Of a DNA stretch of 64,000 nucleotides, positions 1 to 12,836 are shown piece after piece. Source of the DNA: the human T2T-CHM13v2.0 reference genome, Homo sapiens; NCBI RefSeq assembly GCF_009914755.1, contig NC_060932.1. The stretch is one strand, 5' to 3'. Position numbers and translations under genes: made by a program. Position 1 is the stretch's first letter. The number at the start of each line of letters is the position of its first letter. The notes beneath the pieces are model-generated. The model ran no database searches, was not told the origin of the DNA, and was given only the letters and a program-made list of their open reading frames with translations.

Positions 1-118
1 AAATTTTTTATTCTTAAGGCAATGAGGAATAACGAAAAGGTTTAAAGTAGGGTGAGATGTGATCGTACCAGCATTATAGAAAGATCATGCTGGCAGCTAT
101 CTGGAAGCTGGACAGGGT
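1..118 (-). mobile_element. L2 LINE fragment, degraded
   Basis: Resembles L2 antisense sequence (aggcaatgagga...gagatgtgatc...aaagatcatgctggcagct). Confidence 0.55.
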
Positions 119-644
119 TTATTTTGCACCTGTTAAAAGAGTCCATGGCCAACTTTCGGAGGCAGGAAATTCATACCTAAAAGTAACGATTATCACTCCC
201 CTAGAGGCACCAATTCTACATGTGACATGTTCTCTCCTTGTGAAATTTCAGAGGAATCCAGTTAAGCAGCCAACTAAGCACTCATTTTCTTCCTTTGAGA
301 GAAGGTAAGACTTGTACAGAACCTGAGGGAAGATGATGAGTCATTTGTTTGGCATTGCCGTTATTTTATTGATGCTGATGCCTGTAATTTACAAATTTTA
401 GGGGACCATTTTAAAGAGTCACATATATCTCTCTAGCACTAAAATTGATTCATGATGCTATTGTGTTTTAAAGACAATAAATGCTTGCTGTGGTTTTGAG
501 AAGTAACCCCAGGCGCTGCCCACGTCTGGGGTACACACTTCTGGCAGCAGCGGACAAGCTAGAGAGAAGAGATCTATGGTTTCTCAGTCCAAAGGTACCG
601 TAGAGGTTCCCTACAGGTGGGGCAGCAGCGACGGTGGGGCTGAA

Positions 645-784
645 TAGGCGGAGTTCAGTGAGTAGGCGGAGTTCAGTAAGTAGGCGGAGTTCAGTGAGTA
701 GGCGGAGTTCAGTGAGTAGGCGGAGTTCAGTAAGTAGGCGGAGTTCAGTGAGTAGGCGGAGTTCAGTGAGTAGGCGGAGTTCAG
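645..784. repeat. 18-bp minisatellite (TAGGCGGAGTTCAGTRAG) x ~7.8
   Basis: Directly visible tandem array. The only variable position is G/A. Confidence 0.97.
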
Positions 785-939
785 GCTCTCCCACACCAAC
801 CACCCAGATACAGCCAGAGCATCCGGCCACAGGCTGGATCCACACGAACAGGAGGAGGAGATGTCCTCTCACCTGAAGTTCTAACACCGCCCCATTCTGA
901 CCCTTGAGCCAGTGGGGTACTGTGGGAAGAGAAGGGTCT

Positions 940-1095
940 CTGGAGTCTGAGAGTCTTACTGACTTAACTGTGCACACCATTTTGACACACTAAGACTCAG
1001 TTTCTCCATCTGTAAAGTGGAGATAATATGTTCTTTGTAGACTGGTGTAAGGATAAAAATGAGATGATACATGCAAAGTGCTCACCACACAGTAG
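940..1095 (+). mobile_element. MIR fragment
   Basis: ctcagtttctccatctgtaaagtggagataat...gagatgatacatgcaaagtgct is the MIR core and tail. Confidence 0.75.
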
Positions 1096-1098
1096 TCA

Positions 1099-1510
1099 TG
1101 TCTTAGTCTATTTTGTGCTGGTGTAATAGAATACCTAAGACTGGGTAATTTATAAGGAAACAACAATAAGGTAATTTATAAGGAGCAACTGGCTCACAGT
1201 TCTGGAGGCTGGGAAGTCCAAGATCAAGGCTTTAGCAGGTGATGAGAGCCTGGTTTCTCTGCTTGCAAGATAGTACCTTGCATACTACATCCTCTGGAGA
1301 AGGACACGCTGGTTCCTCACATGACAGTAAGACAGAAGGGCCAAGAGAGCCCACTCCCCAAAGCTCTTTTATGAAAGCATTATGCCCACTCACAAGAGCG
1401 GAGCCCTCATGCCCTAATCACCTCTTAAAGGTCCCATCTCTTAACATTATTATACTGGCAATTAAATCTCAACGTGAGTTTTGGAGAGAACAAACATTCA
1501 AACCATAGCA
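1099..1510 (-). mobile_element. MaLR solo LTR (MST family)
   Basis: tgtcttagtc...caaacattcaaaccatagca with TG..CA termini, MST-type body and near-matching 5-bp flanks (agtca/agaca). Confidence 0.85.
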
Positions 1511-3579
1511 AGACATATGATGGCAGCTTTTATTTAGTGCTGAGCAGTGAAAAAAATAAACATAGGAAGTGAGTGAGCCTCTAACATGCTGCGTAACAGA
1601 ACTCACTGAGCAGCAAAAGTAAGCTTGATGTTTTTTTCTCTTAAAGAGAATTTGGAAAATAAATTCTGATTCATCACTACAGTTACAAGATACAACATCA
1701 AATGCACATTGTCTAGAAAATAAAAAATAGATTTATCTCAAGCTAAAGAGCTTCAAAGACCAACAGTGCATTTGTAATTTACCTCTCATGACTGAACTAT
1801 ACCATTTACCTGCAACCACTAGGAATTTGAAGTCATAACTGTGTAACTAATTTAGAGCTTACAAAGTCCATACAAATATATTTTCTCATTTACACCTCAT
1901 AAACTCTATGAGATGGTCACTATTAATCCCATTTAAATCAGAAACCAAGATTTGCTCCAGGCAAAGCTCCATGAGATGCACGTGGGTGGCGCTTTGATAC
2001 CGAGGAGCAAGACCCCAGTGGGTACAGCACCCACAGAACAGACCAGCCGCCTGGAATGGGAACCAGACAGGAAGTTCAAGTAAGTCCAGCTAGAACAAAG
2101 CAACTACTGCAACACACACTTTACCCCCAGAATATAGGTAGCGCCTGCCATTACAGGTGATTAGCAAATGTTTAATGAATGAACGTCTACCATTTCAACT
2201 GTTATGGCCTTCAAGAGGCTCCAGAGATTCCGTTAGTAGTCAAAGGATTCTGTAATGTCTGAGTATCTTAGTGGACACCCTGTGAAGTCTCTTTCTAGCC
2301 CACAATGGTCTCCTTCTTTGGGAACTGTCATCTGTGCACAGGAAAGGCCTCTGATAGCCATGTCTGTCACTAAGGGGCTCAGGGCCCACTGGCCCCAGGT
2401 GGCAGGAGCAGAGAAGGACACGTAATAGAAGCTGGGCCAAGAAGATGCCTCCACCTGCGGGTCTGGAGTTGGTGCTGAGAGAATCCTATCAGGGCTGTAG
2501 GTTTCACCTGTCATGATGTGAACTGGGGGCTGAGACAGCTATGGGTGAGGGGAATGGGTTTGAAGCAGCAGAGGAGCCAGTGAGTAGAAAAAGACAAAGG
2601 AAGGACAAGAAGCCACAGAGCAAGTGACAGCACTTGAGCGACAGTACACACTGGTGCAGAAAGCCTGGCAGGCTGGTTCTGAGGACTCTCCAGCCCGGGT
2701 CCCACCTGCGGCCTGGCCCTGCAGTGTGTCCTGGCTTCCTGTGAGTCACCAAGCTTCCCCTAGGACAGTCCCTCTTTGGCTTAAGACAGTGTGAAGGTGA
2801 TTTTGTTAACTACCGTCAAGGGTCTTCATTTAAACAGGCCCCTTCCAAATGCAGTCTAATGTCAGGCCAAGGCCATCTGAAATGTAAGCATCTGCAGGAG
2901 ACCCAGGTAGGCACAACAGTGTCACAGCAAGATAAGGCAAGGAGAAAAGAGGAGCAGAAAGCCGGAGTGCACAGCAGGAGAAGAGGACAAAAAGGCAGCC
3001 AGCCAAACCACGCCAGGCGTGGCGTCCTGCAGCCAGCAAGCACACGGGGCTGTCATCTGGAATGAGTTCAGGAAACTCAGGCTAATTTTAGCCATAGCCT
3101 AAGAAAACTGTGATCAGGATGATGAATTGGCTAAACAAAAATGTTATGCATGATAAGGCAAAACAGAAGTCCTTTCAGGATGGCCCCTCAAGCAGTTCCT
3201 CCCAACCCCCTTTCCCGCAAGTCCCCACCACGCCGCCAGCACCACTGACCAGGGGCATCCTCACTCCACGCCTCACCCCGTGAGTTTTGGAGAAACTCAC
3301 CCCGCAAGTTTCTGGCTGTAAAGTGCTTTCTTCTTCATGTACAACTCCCAGCCACCCTCTAAGGGCTTCCACAACCTAATGAAGATGAATGTAATCCCTT
3401 AAGGCATTTCCATAACCTATTAAGTAATTAGACCGTCACATATACACACTTGAGTACATAGTAACATTCCCATCTTTGGGGTTAAAAACTGAGGTAAGAA
3501 GAGGTCACGCAATATTTTCAGAGTGGCTCAGCTGAGAAATAAACCAGGGAATTTAACCAGGTCTTTAACTCCAAATTAT

Positions 3580-3865
3580 TCTACCTCATACCATGGGGTC
3601 TCTCAAATGTCACCTTCTCTATTAAAACCTTCAAAGTTCCTCTAAACCAGAAAGGAACCCCCCTTCCTCTCACCTGGGCTCCTGTAGAACTGTTTGTGGG
3701 CTTCTCAAAGTATTTCCCTCCATCTCCCTCTAACCTACTTCCTTCTATACACATCTCAGTACCCTTGGCAAGACTGAATTCCTTGCTTCCTAGTCCCATT
3801 CAGATTCCAGGATGCCACAGTTTCACATAATGGGTGGTCAGTAGATGTTGAGAAAGTGAATGAAG
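3580..3865 (+). mobile_element. L2 3' end fragment
   Basis: tctcaaatgtcaccttctct...gtagatgttgagaaagtgaatgaa resembles the L2 3' end. Confidence 0.55.
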
Positions 3866-4321
3866 ATAAACTGACATAGCACATCCTTTAGGATTTATTT
3901 CTTAAGGTGAACCCCTGGGTGTTTGGCATGTATGTGTTCAGCACTGGTCTAGGCACTGTGACAGATAAGAGGTGACACAGCCCCAGCCTTGAGTTAGATA
4001 ACGTATACCATGCATCCACAAGATAGAAATTAAGGCAGCTTTGAACTCCAACAGAAAATACCTTCAGCTCAAAGTATGGTGTAATTTCTTTTCCTTATTT
4101 ACCAGAAAAATAAACAGAGCCAGCACCAAGCTGAAATGATGAATGAGGCGGGTGCTCTTCCAGCACCTCTCCTCAGCAACTGGAAGGAGAGATCGTTAGC
4201 ATTTCCCTGATTAGCAAGCTGAGTTAATTAATACAATATAGAGTGCTTCTCCCAGGAAGGAATTTTAAATAGATTTTGTTTTTAAGATTTTCACTTCCAT
4301 ACAGCTTTTCTGCAATACTCT

Positions 4322-4790
4322 CATCCATCTAGCCTCCATCTATCCATCCAACAACCATTCATCCATCTATCCAACATCCATCCATCCATCCAACATCCAT
4401 CCATCCATTCATCCATCCATCCATCATCCAACATCCATCCATCCGTCCAACATCCAACATCCATCCATCCATCCATTCATCCATCCACCCATCCATCCAA
4501 CATCCATCCATCCATCCATCCAACATCCATCCAACAACCGTCCATCCATCCATCCAACATCCATCCATCCATTCATTCATCCATCCAACATCCATCCATT
4601 CATTCATCCATCCAACATCCATCCATCCATTCATCCATCTAACATCCATCCATCCATCCATCATCCATCCATCCATCCAACATTCATCCATCCATTCATC
4701 CAACATCTATACATTCATTCATTCATCCATCCATCCATTCAACAGCCATCCATCCAACATCATCCATTCAACCATCCATCCACCCTTTCA
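4322..4790. repeat. (CATC/CATT)n compound microsatellite with periodic CCAA interruptions
   Basis: Directly visible. It abuts an antisense L2 whose (TTCA)n tail probably seeded it. Confidence 0.95.
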
Positions 4791-5420
4791 ATCAAGATGT
4801 GAGGGGCATATGCCATCAACAAATACTGTGGAAGTTTCTGAGAATACAGAGGTGAAATTTTTTAAGGGTCAAGGAACAAAACCCAATCACTAGGCAAGAT
4901 GTTGGGTTCTCTAAGAGCTCTCTATCAACTTTCCCTCAGGATATCAGGGATGCCTCCACTGAGGAGTAACCCTGAAAGAAAAGTAGGAATTCACTAAGCC
5001 ACATATTTATGTGGGAAATTTAAGTGAGGAAGGGGATGAAAGGAGATTTTTAGGGAGAGAACACAGTGGGTGCAAAGGCCTGAGACAGAACAGTGTGATC
5101 AGAACATCCATGGGCCTGGGTGTTGTTGGACCTTGAGATGCAAGAGGGACAGTGTTAAGGGTCAGGGTTGGAGAAGCAAGAAAGGAAAAGACGATGGAGA
5201 ACTTGGTTTATCTAAGGAGTTTGAGTTTTATTTCAGAGCCATGGGGAAATCACAGTCAGATTGTCACTTAAGATACTCTGGCAGTAAGGAAGAGGCAGGA
5301 AGGCCAGGGCAGAAAGTGCTGCAGTGACCCAGGGGAGAAGTGGTGCAGGCCTGTGGCAGGGCCCAGGCAGCAGCAGCAACAGAAGCCCCAGAGAGGACAG
5401 AGTGGATTCAGAGAGATGAC
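4790..5420 (-). mobile_element. L2 fragment
   Basis: gagaacacagtgggtgcaaaggcctgagac...aaggagtttgagttttattt resembles L2 antisense sequence. Confidence 0.6.
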
Positions 5421-5636
5421 CTAGATTTTCCTGCCAATGTTATAATTATAGGCACACTGTGAAGTCATTACCAAAGGCAAAATTGCATGTCTATCCTATT
5501 GTAAACTCAACTATAGGCCCTTTGATGAAAAATCAGTGGCTTCCACTTCACCATCACTTATTAAAGGGCTCCTCTGGAGAGCTCTGTGCTCCTTCCAGTA
5601 GGGGTGAAAGTGATAAATACAGCAGAGTCGTGTGTC

Positions 5637-5838
5637 TGTAGGGCAGGCTCTTAAAGGGGTCCCATGATCCCTACCCTCTGGTGTTCATACTACTATGTGA
5701 TCCTCTCCCCTTGAGGGTGTGGGTGGGTCCTGTGACTTGCTTAAAGCAGAGGTGGTAGGACCTATGTGATTACTCATCTATGATTACATTACATGAGACT
5801 GTAGGCTCATGTTGCTGGAGTCCATCTCTTTCTTTCTT

Positions 5839-5873
<35 letters not shown>

Positions 5874-6282
5874 TTCTCCCTCCCTCTCTCCCTCCTACAC
5901 TGTCTTTGAGGATGCAAACAGTCATGCTGGGAAACTTCAATGAGTCAAGGATCTGCAGGTGGCCTCTAGATGCTGAGGTGCATTCTTCAGCCAACAGCCA
6001 GCTAGAAACCAAAGCTCTCACTCCTATGACTACAAATAACTGAATTCCACCAACAACTGAAGGGAGCTTAGAAACAGATCCAACCCCAGTTGGGCCTCAG
6101 ATGAGACTGCAGCTCTGGCCAACACCTTGACTTCAGCCTTGTCAGACTCTAAGCAGCTTGTCTGACCCAGCTGAGCCATGCCTGGACTCCTGACCCATAG
6201 AAACTGTGTGCTAATTAATATATGTTGTTCTAGGCCACTACATTTGTGACAAGTTGTTAGAAAGCAATAGATAACTATTGCA
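5637..6282 (+). mobile_element. MaLR LTR (MLT1E/F-like) with internal (CT)n/(CTTT)n tract
   Basis: cccatgatccctaccctctggtgttcat...cctcagatgagactgcagctctggccaacacc...gcaatagataact. Confidence 0.8.
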
Positions 6283-6844
6283 TATAGTAGGAGTGAACAA
6301 AAGTCTTAGATCCAGTTCAGTGCCTATATCTGCTATTTATTACCTCTGTGACTTGGGTTAAGAGACAAAAGCTTTCTAAGCCTTAGTTTTCCCTTTCTAA
6401 GAGAAATAATGCCTACATCCTGATGTTTCTGTGAGAATTAAATTTTTTTAAGTGTATATCTAAGTCCAACACAAAGAACTCAATGCCTCTTCTGTACCTC
6501 AAAGACTGGGTAATGAGTAGGGAGCGGCAGAGAGGAACAAAGCTGCCTCAGGTGTCTGAGGAGGGGATCCATGCTGCAAGGCAAGTGTGCAGCACAGATG
6601 GGAGGCAGGTGACTCAGCCATGAGGCTCAGGAAGCCTCTCTCGAGAAGGGGCACCTGAGCCCATCTTGAAGGGCCCCGATGATTTTGTGAGGCTGGGGTC
6701 AGAAACATGGGATCCACAGCCATCCCGAGCACGAGGTTATTCACAGTTTGCATAGACTTAATGTTTGCTGGATGTGCACATCGAAAAGTGCTACTGGGTC
6801 CTATACATTTTTATTTTTATTTAATGTGTTGAGCAAGATGCACC

Positions 6845-7650
6845 CACACAGCTGCCAATCTGACATCTCTGTTTGGATGTCACACAGATACCTCAAATTA
6901 CTGCCTCTGCAACCACATTTCTTACTTACCCCTTTAAATCTGATCCTCTTCCAGGCTTCCCCATCTCAGTAACCGGCCACACCATCCACCTTGTTGCTGG
7001 TCACTGTCCCCGACCCCTCTTCAGAGCCCTTCCCACAGTCACGTCCGCCATGACACCCCACTCTCACCCAAGCTCACAAGTGCTCCAGCCGGACCTCCCA
7101 CTGCCACGCTTGCATCTTGCACACATTCTCCCAAGTGGATCTGTTTTTAAGTGAAATTGCACATTTCACTTTCCTGCTGAAAAACCCTTCCCTGGCACCT
7201 GCTGCCTCTTGCTCAAATGCAGACCTCAGACCCCTGCACGTGCATGGCCTTGCAGAACCCAGACTTGCCAGCTCTGGACTGGTCACATCTGCTCTCCCTG
7301 CCCTGCCCTCACAGCCCGGCCACACCCACTCTGCCATGGGCATCTGGGGTACTGACATACTGCTTCCTCTCCAGCCACGAGCCCCACCCCAACTGCACAG
7401 CTGGGTTCTTCTCACCCCACTGCACCTTATTTATTCCATCATGCCCCATGTACTTCTCGCACATCACTCATCAAAAATTATAGTTGCATAGTCTTCTGTT
7501 GCTTATTTATTTTCTGTCTTCCCAGGAAAACTATAAGCTCCACAAGAGTAAGAACAATCGGTGTCTGTTTGTTACTGATAGTATACTAGGGGCCAAACAG
7601 TGCCTGGCCATCAAAGGACACTGCAAAGTATCTGATGAATGAATGGAAGT
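6845..7650 (+). mobile_element. L2 3' region
   Basis: gacatctctgtttggatgtc...ataagctccacaag...cagtgcctggc...gatgaatgaatg. Confidence 0.7.
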
Positions 7651-7928
7651 CTTGAGTTCTTTGTGAGGAGTGCAGGTGAAATGGGTCCATCAGGAGAGGC
7701 TAGGTTATGCTGTGGTAACAAGCAGCCTCCAAATCTCAGTGGCTTACAACCAAGGTTCATTTCTTCACTGGACAGGCTCTGGTCCATGTCTGTCTCACTC
7801 TGGACCCTGGCTGAAGCAGCAAGTGTCCCCACCAGGACTTTGCTCACCTTATGCTGGAGGCAAAAGAAAGATGGCCATAGCCCCCAGCTGGTTATTTAAA
7901 CTTCTGCTCAGCAGTTTACATGTGCCCC

Positions 7929-8410
7929 TGTATTAGGTTCCTATTGCTGTTATGACAAATGATCACATATTTAGTGGCTTAAAACAACACAAACTGATAA
8001 TCTCCCAGTTCTAGAGGTCAGAAGCCTGCACACCAGCATGTCTCCAGGGCTGCGTTCCTGGGGTAGGGTGCAGGGGGGGCTCTGCCTGAGCCCCTTCCAG
8101 TTTCTGGAGGCTGCCTGCTCTCCCTGGCTGTGGCCCCTTGCTGCATTGCCCCAGCCTCTGGCTTCCATAGTCACAGCCCCTACCCCTCTCTCTGCCCAGC
8201 CCTACCTCCCTCTTGGAAGGACCCTGGTGATGACACTGGGCCCATCTGGATGATCCAGGATCGCCTCCCCTTCTCAAGGTCCTTAACTTCATCACATCAG
8301 CAAAGTCCCTTTGGCTACGTCAGGTCACATGTACACAAGGTCTGACACACAAGGTCTGAGCATCGGGACGTGGACATCTTTGGGCGGGGGGGCATTACTG
8401 CATCTACCAT
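7929..8410 (-). mobile_element. MLT1C/D-like LTR nested in the older MLT1
   Basis: tgtattaggttcctattgctgttatgacaaat...agtggcttaaaacaacaca...ggacatctttggg. Confidence 0.8.
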
Positions 8411-8493
8411 GTGCCCCGGCCATTCACAGGGGCCAAAGCAAATCACAAACCCAAGCCTGACACCACGCAGGCAGGGAAGCACAGCCCCTCACA

Positions 8494-8549
8494 GGAAGAC
8501 CCTCAGAGGGGAAGACCCTCGCGGGGGAGGACCCTCCGAGGGGAGGACC
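8494..8549. repeat. 16-bp tandem repeat x ~3.5 (GARGACCCTCNNRGGG)
   Basis: ggaagaccctcagagg/ggaagaccctcgcggg/ggaggaccctccgagg/ggaggacc. Confidence 0.8.
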
Positions 8550-9380
8550 AAAATCACTCTCGAAGTCTGAAGGCAGTGAGGTGGGGGTATAATCTCCCAC
8601 AGGGAGGGCAGCATATACCTGGCAGTAATCAGAGAATCTGCCATAGTAGGGGTGATCAATGGGAGAAAAGAGACTTATTTGGCTCTAGGAAATATTAATA
8701 CGTAGTTTCATATTTTGTAGAGCTTAAAAAGAAGACCTTTGGGTTTCAATGTTGCCATTTCTGGAAAGAAAGCCCCATACCCTGAAGGCAAGTTCTTGAT
8801 AAAAATTGCAGGGTGTCACTGTCCCCCAACCAGGTGGCCTCAGATAAAACCCGGACACTGCTCTTCACATTCTTCAAAGAGAGATGGCAACATCCCCTGC
8901 CCACCTCCTCACGGGGCTGCGAGGGGAAGTGAGGCAAGGGACAGTAGCAGGAGCTGGGCCGATGGTGATGCAGCAGCCGAGGTCAGCAGGCAGAGGCCCA
9001 CCCAGAGCTCGGGGGCGGGACACGGCCTCCCTAAGGGCCTCAAAGGTAACTGGCCCAGGGGCACTCGGAGGGAACCACCAAGCTGGGTTGTTTCTGGGAA
9101 AGATCACTCTGGAAATAGGGGAGGCACCGAAAGGAGTGCTGCTCAGCAGACGGCTGCGGTGACCCAGGAAGCATCGACGAGAACCTAGTCACTGACACAG
9201 AGCAGGGGCACGCAGACCACGGGGTCAACTCAGGTTTATGAGGTCATTGCTAACTGGCATGGAACTCTGGAAAGCGCGTCATCTGTCATTTCAGAAAGCA
9301 TGGCAGTGTCTGTCCGGGAATGGCAGCAAGGGGAAGGTGTGCAGGGGACCTGTGGGTGACGGGAACATTCTAGGTCTTAG

Positions 9381-9890
<510 letters not shown>

Positions 9891-10877
9891 TGTCAAATCT
9901 CATTCTTTACACAATTCAAATGAGGGCATTTTGCGGTACGTAACTTCTTCCTTAGTAAAGTTGATTTGAAAGAGATTGTCAAGCAGACTCGGAGGAAACC
10001 AGATGAGGGGCAAAGCTGCTCTTAGCTCTTCTCCTGGCTCTCCAATGCGGGGTATCCACTGAGATGGCCAGGGAGGGAGAGGACCAGGCTGGAAGAGGAG
10101 ACACGGTGGGCCCCATCTGGAGCATCTTAACCGTGAGACACTAGACAGAGGAAAACGACAGGTCCATTTCAGAACCAGACTCTCAGGCACCAGGTTCCAA
10201 ACAAAGACGTTAACGAATCAGCCCCCCAGTCCCATGTCAAGGAGTTCTCTCAAGGAACGTCGGTGGAAGGGAATTCGAACACCCCGTCACGAGAAGTTCA
10301 TCAGACACTCGTAAGAACATCATATTTGATAGCGATAAAAGCTCTGAGATAGGGTCCAATTTCGTCTGCAGTTGAATACAAGCAGCACAATGATCCTGAA
10401 ATTAAATGACATCATCTGTCACAACAGCAGCTTTCTAATTTGAATTACAGCACTGTGGAATTTTAAATGAAAAAGAAACATTTAATTAGGACAGTGTATT
10501 TAGCCAGAGCATAAGTAGCGAGAAGTAGCTCAGTCTGGCTAACTTTACCAAATCTCATCTCCAGGCCCCACAAAGGCAGAGATGTGGAAGGGAAGCCTTG
10601 AAATCCTGCAGGGTGGGCCTAGCGTGGCAGGTGTGGGGGCAGGGAGTGGACTCACGGGCGCTGTGACCCTCAGTATTTGGACGACACTGAACACATCACT
10701 AATTGTGCGTTCGCAGCTTCATGGCACACCACTGACAGCCATGAGCTCTCATCCTCACCCGATCCTTTCCCAGATGGGGCTGGGTGATAGACGAGGCAGA
10801 GAAGAGCTGGGTCTGGAACTGGAGTCTACCTTTCTCCAGCAGCCATGTCTGGGCATCTCTAACGTATGTATCTGGAG

Positions 10878-11047
10878 ACACCGCTTCTTCACTTTCAAAC
10901 CAAGAGACAGAAACCCTCCTCTCAATGGGCTCTGGAAATTAAGATGGTCAAGTGCAAAAAGGCATTTAGCATGGCACTTGGCTCAAAGGAGATGTCTAAT
11001 CGTTGTTTCTCTCAAACATGCAGGTTTGGAACAAACAAGGATCTGGA
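10878..11047 (+). repeat. Donor of the inverted duplication (right arm), partly MIR-derived
   Basis: acaccgcttcttcactttcaaacc...aaacaaggatctgga; the same peptide TPLLHFQTKR.KPSSQWALEIK appears in ORFs on opposite strands. Confidence 0.97.
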
Positions 11048-12732
11048 TAGAAGCTCTGTGAGGCATGCACCAAGCCTACCTGCGTGATGGACAGGGGCTC
11101 AGGACATATTTATCCACTGACTGAACAAATGAATGGATGAATGAACAGAATCATGAACATACACAACCAACTATGTTAGAGTAGGAAGAAACAGAATTAA
11201 ATTTATTTTTGGTGATTTTAATCATACATCATACCCTATAAAACGCATTATCATACAGCTCTCTTCAATCAGATGCTAAGCATCTTGAGGACAGTGGCCA
11301 TGCTTCATCCATGACCCTATCCCAGCAGTAAGGTTGGTACCTGGCATGGAGCAGGCCCTCAGGAAATATCCACGGAGCTAAAGAAACAAGTATCTCTTGG
11401 CCTCCTTGATTTAGAATCATGTTAAGGATGCAGGGTTTTTTATAAACCACAGATTTCACTGATAACAAAAATACATATTCCAGAAATAATTTCATTTTAT
11501 CAACAAACATTAAAGGAGATACGTTCTTGATTGCAAAGGCATTCCCATCACAGGAAATAGCTACCATATCCAAAAGCATTGCTCCTATACAGAAACTAGC
11601 ATGAGACTAAAACCATGACACTAAAAGTCTCAGTTTACAAATTTGTGTTGCTCTACCAGCTTCTTTCTTGCCAAAAATGAGTCCCCAAGAATATAAGAGC
11701 TAAAGTGAGTTTACTAGATTAACCTGAAGTCATAAATTCTAAAGCATAAATTCACCTGTATTAAGAAAGTGTAAGCAGTGTGGTGGCTTTTGCAGGGTGA
11801 GTTATAAACCAACAGAGATAGCATCTACTTGCCTTACTAAAATGATTCATGGTGAAGAGCTAAATTGGCTTTTCAGCCAAAAACAAAGACAGCACAGACA
11901 ATGGCATATACAAAAGTTAGAATTTACAATTGTGTTAATTTGTTTTTATCAATACCAAAGGCAACAAATGTTTATCTTACTTTCCTGTGGCTCTTTAGTT
12001 GCAGCCTAATTCAGATCACCATAGAACAGTTCCATCACAATTATGCTCGGTGGTGAGACAGCCCAAGTGTGGTTTCATTTACTTTGGAGCAAAGAAAAAA
12101 AGAAAAATACACAAACACACACACACAAGTTTTCATGGAAACCAGCTCCAGCTCTGGCGTAAGCAAGCCATCCATGGGAGATGGCTGGTGCTCACAGAGA
12201 GACCACAGTGGGTCACCCTGTGCCCAGCCAGAATGGAGGCTGCATACAAGAAGCAGTGACTAATGGTCTGAGGTTAATGAGCGGCTAAAGGCCAAGGGTG
12301 GGGACAAAGGCTAGGGTATAAACTGTGTCCAATTTTTCCAAAAAAGTCTGGGTGAGGCAAATTCATTCTCTTTGAGAGAAGTGAAGGCAGGAAACTGGCA
12401 CTAATTGAATACCCACTGTGCTCCTTGTACGGCAGATCCTCAAAATGATCCCGTGGGGTGGGGATTATCAGTGCTACACTTTTCAAGAGAAAACTGGGAC
12501 TCCCAAGGGGTCGGCATGATTTCGCCAGTAAATGGCGGAGCCGAGATGGGGAGCCAGCTCTGTCCAGCTGCAAAACCACTGCTCTTTCCACCTAGCCATT
12601 CTGCCTCAGTTACACCCTCCTGGCGATGGGTCAGTCCTAGGAAAAGGCCTGCACATGGGAGATCTTAAAGCTGCTTCCTTTCGAAAGCAGACAACTTCAC
12701 AGTCATTCAAGCTCCCCATTAAGACTCCTCTC

Positions 12733-12836
12733 ACATATTTAACAAACCTGCACGTTGTGCACATGTACCCAAGAACTTAAACTATAATAAAAAATATATA
12801 TATACACATATATATATATATATTAAAAAAAAAAAG
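12733..12836 (+). mobile_element. Extremely 5'-truncated L1PA 3' end with a (TA)n-containing tail
   Basis: aacaaacctgcacgttgtgcacatgtaccc...aacttaa, tail, and perfect TSD aagactcctctc at 12721-12732 and 12837-12848. Confidence 0.9.

Larger units (their letters stand above)
7697..8640 (-). mobile_element. Old MLT1 (J/K/L-like) LTR interrupted by a younger MLT1
   Basis: ggctaggttatgctgtggtaacaagcagcctccaaatctcagtggctta at 7697; similarity resumes after 8410 (ggccaaagcaaatcac). Confidence 0.6.

Noticed and set aside
468-980. ORFs with (LRLLTE)n, (RRSSVS)n and (LNSAYS)n repeats
   Set aside because: Translations of an 18-bp tandem repeat, open in several frames only because the unit is a multiple of 3.
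2388-2406. CTCF-like motifs (GCCCCAGGTGGCAG; similar at ~31722 and ~54828)
   Set aside because: Imperfect matches that cannot be told from background without ChIP data.
4359-4706. 115-aa MDGW-rich ORF
   Set aside because: Translation of the (GATG)n microsatellite.
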